DNA from: Sporopachydermia quercuum
Lineage: Eukaryota
Reading direction: 5' to 3'
Length of the DNA: 64,000 bases
Assembly (NCBI GenBank): GCA_001599295.1
Contig: BCGN01000006.1
Span: 434,001-498,000, forward strand
This document shows positions 1 to 10,389 of the stretch, piece by piece. The notes under the pieces are model-generated. The model was not told the DNA's origin. It made no database searches and saw only the letters and a program-made list of their open reading frames with translations. The position numbers and the translations under genes were made by a program. How positions within the stretch are numbered: position 1 is the stretch's first letter; every line of letters starts with the position of its first letter.

Positions 1-2061
1 ATGAAAGAAGATCCGAAAGCAGTTGAAGGTGCTCTCAGATTCTTCAACAATTATATTGAGAACGACAATAACATGGGAATGGTCAAAGTAACTGGTGATA
101 GTACATTACCTACAAATGCTTCTTACACTATTCTCCAAAAAAAGAAGCCTGTAAACCATAACATAATTACCGCAACACCGATCACTCTCAATTCATCACC
201 TTCTTATCTTGCGGCACCTCAAACTGTTGAACTAAAGAGACCATCTGTCCCGGGTGACAGGTCTCAAAAAACATTCTCGCAATCATCTTTTTTGAATTCA
301 ACTGCACATACTATAAAATCTCCTGTTGATTTGACAGGTGCTTTTCCTTTCCTTACAAAGGCACCTTGCAAAGGTGGAAATGAAATGAAAAAAGTAACCA
401 GTTTAAATCCCGGACCAAGACCAGTAAATACGAAGAATCATAGCCAAAGTCCGTTAATGAGGCAGCATCCTAACCAGTTTGCTGACGAAAGGAAAAATAT
501 AGTAGCTGTTAGGCCGGCTCCTAGAGTACCTGATTTAGGTAAGTCAGCATTGCATCGGCAAGAGCACGGCACTTCCCCTATTAATAGATCGCAACAAAAT
601 CAACATATGCAGGAACAGAGGATCAATCAAACCACCTACGCTAATCAATACTCTGGTGTGTATAGCCAAACCGCTAAAAATCCAGAAAGTAATCAAACCC
701 AACATAAGGATCAATTGTCCTTAAAGATTTCAACAAATAATGATCAGCTATATTCTATGTCGAATCCTTACTTGAATTCCCCGTTCAATTCACCATCACC
801 TGGGGAGAGTAAACCTAGTTTTGAATCCTTCAATGGTAAGGAAAACGTTTACTTACAACGTGAGCCTACAAAACCTCTGCAACCTCTTCGTATTGCACCT
901 GCTGTGCCAGCTAGTCATTCGGTTACTCACCAAGGCTCGCCCAAAGAAGCATCACCTCTGGCTATTAGAAGGAATGATGCTGATAATGTCCCTTCTTATT
1001 CTCAGAATAATCAAACTCAAGCACTTAAAGTTCATACTGAAGTCAGCAGGACACCAGAAAATCAGACTAATAGAAAAGAAAGTAGTCGATCGGGGTCAAA
1101 TGATGCTAAAAATATGGCTAATCTACGTGCTTTAGTCAATAGGACTGTATTACCTCAAGATTTCTATCAGAGAAAGCAGAAAATTGGACAAGGTGCCTCT
1201 GGGTTAGTTTACGTGGCTGTGACGTTGAAACCTATTAGTATCAATAACACCAAATCTCATTTCAGAGTCGAGAAGCCTGTTGGATCAAAAGTGGCTATTA
1301 AACAAATGGACCTTAGCGCTCAGCCTCGCAAAGAACTTATAGTGAATGAAATTTCTGTAATGAAAGAAAGTCAGCATAAGAATATTGTCAATTTCTTGGA
1401 CTCATTTTTGGTACGAAATGAGAAAGAACTGTGGGTCATTATGGAATATATGGAAGGCGGGTCCTTGACAGATATCATTGAAAATAATCCACCATCTTCT
1501 ATCTCTGAAAGTCAAATGTCATATATCTGTAGAGAGACTGTTGAAGGATTGCGACATCTACATCATAACAATATTATTCATCGCGATATCAAATCCGATA
1601 ATGTTCTGTTAGACTCTAATGGAAATGTTAAGATAACAGATTTTGGTTTCTGCGCTAAATTAACAGGGCAAAGATCTAAGAGGGCTACAATGGTTGGAAC
1701 TCCTTACTGGATGGCACCTGAAGTTATTAGAAGGGACCAATATGATTCTAAAGTTGATGTTTGGTCTCTGGGCATTATGATTATAGAAATGATTCAATCT
1801 GAGCCTCCTTATCTCAACGAGGAACCTTTGAAGGCTTTATACATTATTGCAGCCAAAGGAACACCAAAGCTTGAAAAGCCAGAACTACTAAGTATGGCTC
1901 TAAAGTCGTTTTTGAGTATATGCTTGTGTGTTGATGTGAAATACAGAGCCTCAACTGATGATCTCATCAAACATGAGTTTTTGAGAAAAGCGTGTGATAG
2001 AAGACATTTGGCTCCACTTTTAGAGTGGAAGAATAGAAATGTTGACGACGACGACTTATAA
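1..2061 (+). CDS. CLA4: PAK-family Ser/Thr kinase, Cla4/Skm1-like (5' part lies outside the window)
   Basis: The C-terminal STE20 kinase domain has GQGASGLVY, VAIKQM, HRDIKSDN, DFG and TMVGTPYWMAPE. The N-terminal 'KEDPKAVEGALRFF' is the tail of a CRIB/autoinhibitory segment, so the ATG at base 1 is probably internal. 'LSAQPRKELIVNEI' and 'LSICLCVDVKYRAS' are Cla4-type. Confidence 0.85.
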   Translation: MKEDPKAVEGALRFFNNYIENDNNMGMVKVTGDSTLPTNASYTILQKKKPVNHNIITATPITLNSSPSYLAAPQTVELKRPSVPGDRSQKTFSQSSFLNSTAHTIKSPVDLTGAFPFLTKAPCKGGNEMKKVTSLNPGPRPVNTKNHSQSPLMRQHPNQFADERKNIVAVRPAPRVPDLGKSALHRQEHGTSPINRSQQNQHMQEQRINQTTYANQYSGVYSQTAKNPESNQTQHKDQLSLKISTNNDQLYSMSNPYLNSPFNSPSPGESKPSFESFNGKENVYLQREPTKPLQPLRIAPAVPASHSVTHQGSPKEASPLAIRRNDADNVPSYSQNNQTQALKVHTEVSRTPENQTNRKESSRSGSNDAKNMANLRALVNRTVLPQDFYQRKQKIGQGASGLVYVAVTLKPISINNTKSHFRVEKPVGSKVAIKQMDLSAQPRKELIVNEISVMKESQHKNIVNFLDSFLVRNEKELWVIMEYMEGGSLTDIIENNPPSSISESQMSYICRETVEGLRHLHHNNIIHRDIKSDNVLLDSNGNVKITDFGFCAKLTGQRSKRATMVGTPYWMAPEVIRRDQYDSKVDVWSLGIMIIEMIQSEPPYLNEEPLKALYIIAAKGTPKLEKPELLSMALKSFLSICLCVDVKYRASTDDLIKHEFLRKACDRRHLAPLLEWKNRNVDDDDL

Positions 2062-2234
2062 TAATTTTATCTGGGTGTGAAAATATATATTTAATGATTT
2101 AATTGGGTTTTCTCTATACTCATCAACATTCTGTCGTAGGAGTTTAGTTATTATTATTTATAGTCTAGAAAGAAGAAAAAATCGGACACGAACTAAACCT
2201 TCTCAGAGAGAGCAATTGGAAACACTACACCAGA

Positions 2235-3461
2235 TTAGAGTAACTTTCCTAACTCTGCTTCTGCCTTCTCAATCTCTGCCAAAGCAGATTGATGGAATTT
2301 CTTCAGAATTCTAATGAAAGTAACTAACAAGTTGACTCCCTCCGCAGGCTCAATAAGTTTCTTCATTAAAGATGTAGCAGCAGCAGTGTGAGACACTAAT
2401 TCGTCTTCTGCTTCGTCAAGTTTAGGTTGAAACTCCTCAATATTTTCGGACTTTATTGACTTAGATTCAAATCTTAGGGCATCGAATGTGAGTCTTGAAT
2501 TCTCGACCTTCTTTCTTGCAATTGCTGCTTCATGAAAGGAGCCATCAAGAAGTTGGTGTAAAACATCATTGAACTCTGATTTTATAGAAGCATCTTGGGC
2601 CAATCTTGCGTTTCCAAGGTTTTCTTCAAGTTCGGCCAACACAGACAGTGCTTCAGCAAATGGAGATGGATCGGCCTCCTCTTTCTCTTTGTTGCCATTG
2701 ATAATCACTTCGGATGCCTTTGCGGATCTGCTGATAGCATGATTGAAAGTTTTGTGTTGAACATTAGATGGTGGAGCATTCAAAATTGCTTCAGCTTCAG
2801 ACGTTGTTGTTGCTAATGATAATCCTTGAACTTTCTCTGTCAAATTCTTGGAGAAGTCGGCCACAGACTCTCTCTGGCTTATTGTTAATGATGATTTCTT
2901 ACATAAAAATGTTCAAAACATCACATAAATAAATAAATAAAAGACAATAAAGATGACAGGTTGCTAACTTACAAGATTTGCTGGATAGTCGTAAGCCTCG
3001 TTCTCATAGTTTGAACTATATTGTATGTTAGTTGATAACTATCTTCCGGCGCTAGTCCCTGTACCGTTCGTATCTTCTCAAACAATCTGGTAACTAAGCA
3101 AAAACAAACAGTAACGACTGTTCACTTACGTGAGAGACAGAAGCTTTTTGTATACTGATCTCAAAGAATCGACCTCTCTTTCAAGATCAATGTATTCTTG
3201 AGGTAACTGGCTCTAGACATATGATATTATCGGTTAGTACTGATTCTCCTCTTGCCCTTTCTCTCTAAAGTTACAATAAAATCAACAACTTACAACATCA
3301 TCTGCGTTCCCTAATTTCTCCTGAATTAATCTTGAAGTTCTCTTAGCAAACGGAGTTACACTGGCTCCTAAGCCTTGGATTTCTTTGAATCCTTCATTTA
3401 AACCAGTTTGGAAATTATCAGCAATTGACTGAAGTGATTTGGGAAAGCTAAATGTTGACAT
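2235..3461 (-). CDS. GVP36: BAR-domain protein Gvp36, 4 exons
   Basis: Exons 3461-3294, 3212-3130, 3015-2973 and 2873-2235. Introns 3293-3213, 3129-3016 and 2972-2874 all start GTAAGT, have TACTAAC/AACTAAC/CATTAAC branch points and end in YAG. The spliced protein reads MSTFSFPK...PFAKRTSRLIQEKLGNADDV-SQLPQEYIDLEREVD...NYENEAYDYPANL-RESVADFSK...KTFNHAISR...RKKVENSRLTFD, matching Gvp36 motifs. Confidence 0.88.
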
Positions 3462-4198
3462 GTTTCTAGCGTACTTTTTCTTTCAAATTACAATTAATTT
3501 TTCACAGTATTATGGTTCTATCAAATGAGAGAGAAACCTATATCAGTATAATATTCATTGTTTATATTCTCTTTGTCATTTTGTTATTTCATCTTCTCAA
3601 CATCCATAACATACATGCTTCCTTTTCCTCCTTCTCCTTATCTCGGATTTTAATTGAGACGGTCTGAATTTTACCTGCTCAGCAACATCTTGAATTCTCA
3701 GGGCCTTCTGCTGTAGTACGAAGAAAAAGGAGCCCCCGTGAAGGGTCTGTCTTGTTCTGCCACTTTTCTATGCACTAATGAACTAGAGATGAGATGTACT
3801 TCCAAAAAACCATCATGTGCCTCTCTGGGTGTTGTAGTTTGACGACTAGTACAATTTGTCTTCCAAATACTTAAAATTGAAGTTATATGTATGAATGAAC
3901 ATTTTGGGCTTATCTAAAAACCTACCTAAAAAGAAAGAGTGCAGGAGTCTGAATTACAGAAAATTTGATATTAATTAAATAAATGCACATGATAATTCAT
4001 TAAATCTATAAAAGCCAAAAGAAAAATTTAATAAAAGAATAACACCGTCGAACAAAATTAATGCAACATAATAAGGATATTAATTGATTGGCAACTTGAA
4101 TTAGGGATGATGAAAAAATATTAATGAAAGTTGCTTGAATGCAAAGGAAAGCTGATAAGACTTATTTATTATGTCCTAACTTTTGCTAATAGATGCAA

Positions 4199-6028
4199 CT
4201 AATCTGCATATTCATCTTTGGACAATTTGGCTCTGATATGAGGACCATATCTGTAGAAAGCAAATGGAATCAATACCATAGCCAAAGAGACGAAGGCTAA
4301 GAACCAACTTGCCCACTGTTTGCCCATTGCATGATACATTTGGGTCGTAAACAAAGGGAAAGCGGCACCACCAGCTGAACGAACAAAAACTTTAGCGGCT
4401 AAAGCAGAAGCAGCAAACTTAGCATAGGCATCAATAATATAGTTATTTACCGAGTAGTAAACCATAACCATACCATAACCGAAAGAAAGTCCAGCAGATG
4501 CAGGTCCGACCCAGATGATGTGCTTGTATGAGGTTGCACCTAAAATAAACAAGGCAATTGGAATGAAAGGAGCACCGATCATGGCACCAATCAAACGGTC
4601 TTCAGGAATAGGCTTTCTTCTCTTACATAAAAGAGCGTACTTCCTTTCGACAATTGGTGTAGTGCACAGAGCAAACATGGCACCAATCAAAATAGGAATA
4701 AACATTAACCCGATTATACCGTCATTGTATCCATAAAGTTCACCGAAAATAACTGGATATGCAAAGAAGAAAGCATATAACAAAGAGTAAATTAGAACCA
4801 CATAAAAGTTCATTAGATCTAACACAGGTTCTGTGGCAATCAAGTACAAAGGTCTAATCAAAACAGATTGTAACAACTCTTTGAATGATAGCTTCTTCGC
4901 TTCTTGTTCTGTCATGATCTTTTCATTACCTGTTTCTTTTCTCAATCTCTTGGCTCTCTTCTTCAAAATAACTGGAGCGTAAGTTTCGGGAATTAAACTA
5001 ACTAAAATCGTAATAACACCAGCAAATGCCATGTTAACCCAGAAAAATAAATCTAAACGACCTGAACCGATATTAATCCAACCGCAAACAATTGGTCCTA
5101 CAACTGGACCACAATAAGGAGCTGCTGCAAAGAAAGCAATGGCCAGACCACGCTCTTCTTTCGAGAAAATATCAGCAATTGTACCACCGACCAAACTAAG
5201 ACCTGAACTGGCGAAAACACCGCATAAGAAACGTGAAACCAAAAGGCCACCAATGTTTGGTGATAGAGCGCATGGAATGTTAAAAATTGTGTATAACGAC
5301 AAAGAAATGATATAAACAGGACGTCTACCAACTTGCTCTGAAAGGGGTGACCACACAAGAGGACCAACAGCAAAGCCTAAGACCATCAAAGAGCATGTTA
5401 GAATGGCAACTTCCAACGATACATTGTATTTTTCAGAAATCAAACCTAGACCACCAGTTACATTGGATGATCCAAATGCAACAGCAACTACTAGCATTGA
5501 AACAACACCAGTATAATACCACTTCAGCGTTGTTGACCAATTTTGTGGATTCTCTGGATCTTTCAGAAGGAATGTAACAAATTCAACTTCATTGTCTATT
5601 GGTTTCTGTTCACCTTGTTCTGCTGCTGGAACTGGTTTACCAGTTACCACTCTTCTGATTGAGCTTGTACGACCAAGAGACCTTAATGTTGCAACCGGAA
5701 CTAAACCTGTTTCAGTTTCTAATGTATATTCTTCTGGGAATAATGGATCTTGCACCATAGTGGGAGCAGAAAGGTCTGGTAAAGGCCTTTTTTGACTTAC
5801 ACCTGCGCTTTGTAATGTTTTCACAGTTTCTGCTGGTCTTAAAGAACTCATTCCGCTATAATTACTGTAGATACTCTGTAATTCATTTCCCCTGAATGCG
5901 TTCACATCGTCGGCTGTATCTGATGGTAAAAGTTCTTGAGGGTTGAAATCGTCTGGGCGTTGGAGCTTTTCTTGCTCAACCTCATCGCCGATTGAGGCTC
6001 TTTCTGTCGAAGAGTCACTATCTGACAT
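4199..6028 (-). CDS. TPO3: MFS DHA1 polyamine/drug:H+ antiporter, Tpo2/Tpo3 type
   Basis: Contains LFPEEYTLETETGLVPVATLRSLGRT (Tpo2/3 N-terminal signature), DPENPQNW, WSPLSEQVGRRPVY and PETYAPVILK, with about 12 hydrophobic segments. Confidence 0.88.
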   Translation of the reverse strand: MSDSDSSTERASIGDEVEQEKLQRPDDFNPQELLPSDTADDVNAFRGNELQSIYSNYSGMSSLRPAETVKTLQSAGVSQKRPLPDLSAPTMVQDPLFPEEYTLETETGLVPVATLRSLGRTSSIRRVVTGKPVPAAEQGEQKPIDNEVEFVTFLLKDPENPQNWSTTLKWYYTGVVSMLVVAVAFGSSNVTGGLGLISEKYNVSLEVAILTCSLMVLGFAVGPLVWSPLSEQVGRRPVYIISLSLYTIFNIPCALSPNIGGLLVSRFLCGVFASSGLSLVGGTIADIFSKEERGLAIAFFAAAPYCGPVVGPIVCGWINIGSGRLDLFFWVNMAFAGVITILVSLIPETYAPVILKKRAKRLRKETGNEKIMTEQEAKKLSFKELLQSVLIRPLYLIATEPVLDLMNFYVVLIYSLLYAFFFAYPVIFGELYGYNDGIIGLMFIPILIGAMFALCTTPIVERKYALLCKRRKPIPEDRLIGAMIGAPFIPIALFILGATSYKHIIWVGPASAGLSFGYGMVMVYYSVNNYIIDAYAKFAASALAAKVFVRSAGGAAFPLFTTQMYHAMGKQWASWFLAFVSLAMVLIPFAFYRYGPHIRAKLSKDEYAD

Positions 6029-6244
6029 GGTTGTGAATTATTTATAAAATTTAATTTTGGAATTCTTTTGTTCTCACCACTTCTAATATAATTATAAATG
6101 GTTATATTTCTTGTTGTATGTACGTTTGTAGTTTTTTCAATAAGTAATTGTATGTAGTTTTCACAACACCTGGTACTTTCTAATAAATCAGAACTAATAA
6201 TGTGTTTTCTATTGTCAACACCTAGTATTAATGGCGGGGCCCTC

Positions 6245-6252
6245 TTTATATA
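6245..6252 (-). promoter_or_regulatory. Putative TATA box of the TPO2/3 gene
   Basis: TATATAAA on the minus strand, about 220 nt upstream of the ATG at 6028. Confidence 0.45.
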
Positions 6253-7518
6253 TGCAATTTGACTATTTCAAATATTAAACCCTTGTGAGTGCTATTCTTA
6301 AAGTTTGACCAAGAAGGTCATTAAGGTATGGTCAAATTCTTGATTTTGTAACCGAGAATGTTAATAATTTTTCTTACTTCATCGCTTTCAAATTGATTTT
6401 CTGAATTGTACGCAAGATATTTTCAGATTGCTAAATTTATTTTCGGATGGAAGAGAGATTTTTCCAGATTTTGAACTTTATTGCTATGGTAAATCTTTAG
6501 AGTTGGCATGAGATTCTGCGTAAGTTCAGTGACTATGTGTACTAAAGTTTGTATTTAGCTACTTTTTCGAAGCTTAGAATCTAAAGTTAAATAGTTAAAT
6601 ATAGCGGGACAGGGTTTAGAGATGTTGCGAGTCTAATAAGGTGGATGTTAGATGCCGACATATTGTAAAATAATAAACGCTAGAATTAATCAATGTTGGT
6701 GGTTTCGGTTATTTATAGTATTTGTTTCACTGAAAATACTCGCATAAGTAACCTCAAGTTCAAGTAAGGTTCAATAGGCATAATCAACTCTCTTCAATTG
6801 ACTTTCCCTCTTCTATGCCATTTGATTTTCCACAGTGAAAGGTGTTTTTAAACATTGTCATGAAATTAATTCCTAAAACTTTCTGTATTCCTTCTTTTTC
6901 TTTCCAGTTGTGTAGATCTCCCAAACATAGCCGCACGGTTGACTTACATCTCCCATAGAAAGTTGGTTCTCAGGGCTTACCTGACGAACTTACTGCGACC
7001 GAACTTTGAGAACAGAGATAATCCATTGAATTGCTGATTCTATTAGGAGCACCATTATCTCATCCTANCGGCACCTTGTTTTCGATATAAAGGTTGTGAG
7101 TTCGATTTTTCACGTTTCAATGGCATTCATTGATTCATGTTTAACTTGGACTATTAATNTTGCTTCGTTGTGTGTTAAAACCAAAGTCCATATCCTACCA
7201 ATTTTCTGAGAGCTGGTGGAACTATGATTGTAATTACTTGCAACGGTTCCCAATTGTCTGTCGGCTGTTAGGCTTCTAGTAATCTAGCTTCTATTCTTGG
7301 CTCTTGGCCACTTAGGTTCCGTGGAGATCCGAAAATGACTTATACCAGATTGAATAAAGTTCACCATGAGCCACCACATAAGCTTTTTTTTCGATTCCGT
7401 ATAAGAACTCATAAAAAGAAATTTGCGCGGGCCGAATTTTCATACTCAATTGATAGAATAAAATTTGTAGAGTATATTCTTCATTCATTCCTTATTGTGG
7501 ATGGAAAAAAGTAAAAAC

Positions 7519-7540
7519 AAAAAAAAAAAAAAAAAAAAAA
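7519..7540 (+). repeat. poly(dA:dT) tract, 22 nt
   Basis: Uninterrupted A run in the long intergenic region. Confidence 0.9.
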
Positions 7541-7799
7541 GAAAAGACAAAAAGTGTGTCTTCCGTATGTAACTTTTTGAAGTGATGTCTATTTACTAAA
7601 CTGATCTATAGGTACGACGACGGACAGTAAAGGTTTGGGGAGAATGCTTTAAAGGGGTGCATCAGATAAGGAGTAGAATGGGTTCGGTAGATTATATTGT
7701 AAAAACAATATATTAGACCTACATACTAGAGTCCATATAGAACATCCTGGTTAAATTCCTGGTTATTTGTTCCTTTCTTGGTCTCAGGGGTTAATTTTG

Positions 7800-9439
7800 C
7801 AACGATATTGACTCCAGTAAGGGGTTCATACGATAAGGAAGAGTTCAAGCGGATTGATTNCTGTAATTTGCGGATTCAACGATCTGCAAGACTATAGCGA
7901 TCGTAAACCCTGATTTTATATTCAAGCCTATTGAACTAACGTCATTGCCCGTTGTCAATTGAGTTTTAATATGGAGGTTTCAAGGTAACTCTGTTTATCA
8001 TAGACGATTCAGTTGAAATCCTTTTAGTCCTCCCTCAATTGCCTCCAACTTTGTATTTAATTGCTCTGTTCATTTGCTCTGATTAGAGTTCTTCTTAACT
8101 CAACATTATATTTATATATACATATATTCGACAATCAGCTCCTGTTCTATGTTGTTAAAGCAAACGTTATATGATCTTACATAGATGATATTTCGATTTC
8201 ATTAAGAAGGAAGTGGTATGCTCTCTTGGTTCCATTCCTGGGTCCATTGTTGGTGTTTTTGAGATATTCTCATGATGTCGGAAGTAAGTTCCATTTTCGC
8301 CTAATATTGTCAATCATTAGGAGTTATTGTACTTGGTTTATTGAAATAATGTCCTTTGTTTGTCTGATCTCATCTGGGCAGTTTAACTGCTTGTCTATAA
8401 CTACCCGCAATCAATTTGCAATTGACTTCGTCGATTGACTTCAGTTCCAGTCTTGCAACAATTTGTTTTCTTGCTTTGCATGTGAAAATACTCCTTTGAA
8501 TACATAATACCTTATATTATCAAGCCTTACTTTTGCCGCCAGTGAAGTACAGCCTATATATTTTCAACTTTCACCTCAGCAATTCACCCAGCAAGTCTTT
8601 CATTCACTTCTACCTCCGTCCAAGGTCATTGTTATTATTGGGAGCAGCATGATTTAAGCTTTGCTACTTTCCCTGCATTGAGGATAAAGTTTATTTGTAC
8701 TCAACCCCAAGGTGAAATTGACTAACTTATGAAGTTACCATATCGGTCCTTGGTCTTTATCCATCTATTCATTTTACTCAACTATTTCGTATTTGGTCCT
8801 TTAAAATTCTGTTCCTGAAAAAAATGGCTCTTAGCGGATCATGTTGCTCGTGAGAGAAATATATGATTCTTTTCTTTATCACTTTGACATCACTCTGACA
8901 TATTGCTCTCTACTTGGTTTCAATGTGAAAGCTTACTCTCTCTATGTATTGCAGGGGGAGCCCCTGCAGAGATTTTTTCTGTCCTTTTCAAGTTCTCAAA
9001 ACAAGGTATTCAGGCTCTTTTTTAGACAAACTCAGCCTTACCTGGCAGTTTTTTTGTCTATTTTTGTTGGTACGGTATTTTATCGACAGGTGCTCGTATT
9101 CCCAAAGCATGCCCACATTTTGGAGGCTCTGCCAAAGTTAACTTTTCTAGCATTGGGTCCCAGTTCACGGCTGCTTTACCTGACGTCAATTATTTGTTCA
9201 AGGACCCTTCCTGTAGTTAACCCGGTGATAATATGATCAACATGAGAACTGAGAAGATACACTTTTATGTTTCCTACGATGTGGCAATTTCTAACGACTA
9301 CTAGCTGTATTGTTTCAAGTAGGTCACTTTTGTCTACTCGGCTACCCAGCGGTTTCTCCACGGCATGTTCCTGATTGTAGGCTCTCCGTTTGAATCTAGT
9401 AGACCTTTTCGAATTTAGACCTCCTGAAACTATATGCAC
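7800..9439 (-). pseudogene. Possible highly decayed Mutator-like (MULE) transposase relic
   Basis: Broken minus-strand frames give peptides in the expected motif order: IKVYLLSSHVDH, VNWDPML, YGNFIS*SISPWG, HAAPN, IDKQLNCPDEIRQTKDII..V.*LLMIDNIRRKW and TTGNDVSS. The resemblance was judged by eye only. Confidence 0.25.
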
Positions 9440-10389
9440 ATATATGTATTGAGTATATAGTAGTGCTTTGTTTTCTTGTGTGTCCGTCCAACAACAAATG
9501 ATATAGATATTTATCTTCTGTCTTCAAGCAATTTGCTTTGATTCATCCTTCCTAACCAACCATAGGTATTGTCGAACAATTATTGACCATATAAATATAT
9601 ATAGTATGAAGTTTGCTTCCCAGAGGCTCCCATTCAAATCTGCTCCCCCTGTACATAACTGGAAATCATGATCACCTAAATTGGAGAGAACCTGTGCATA
9701 TGTTCTGCATGTAATTTTATTCTTATTTTCACAATTTGAAACGGAATTTGTATCAAGTGTGTGAACTGCACTATCTATCTGCTAAAGAACATAGTGAAAG
9801 GATAATTACCTCTCTTCTTTATTGCTTTTTAATTTTGGCTATTAGTATGATATAATTTACTAATCCTTCTCTAAGGCTACAAAAAGAGCACAAATGCTTC
9901 TCCTGCATATTTAGATGTTCCTGCAGCTTTTATGTATGCTGGTCGAAACTTTTCTCCTAGTCTNTCTCCAACCAAAAAAGTATAGCATATGTATGCAATG
10001 TACTATAATCTGGAACCAGATTACTCCCTGACTCAATTAAAAGCTTGTTGTAGCAACAAAATTTAGAAATTCATCAATATTAGTAATTGATTTTGCTCTT
10101 GGGACTCAAAAAACAAAGTTGCAGAAAGATTGACGAGATCTGGAGTTTTTTTTTTTCCCACTTAGCATCAACAGAATATACTAATACCTAGATACATATA
10201 TACTTGAATTGTCAAAGCCCTTTATCTGCATCACGCAGTCTCTATACTTAACGAATAATAAAGCTGTTCAACAAGGGCAATCAGACATCTGTCTGTCGTT
10301 AGTTGGGTTTTCATTTCACTTTTTTTTTTTTTTGAACACCAGATCGAACCAAGAATCAATTGCTCACGTCACAATCTTCAATCATCACT

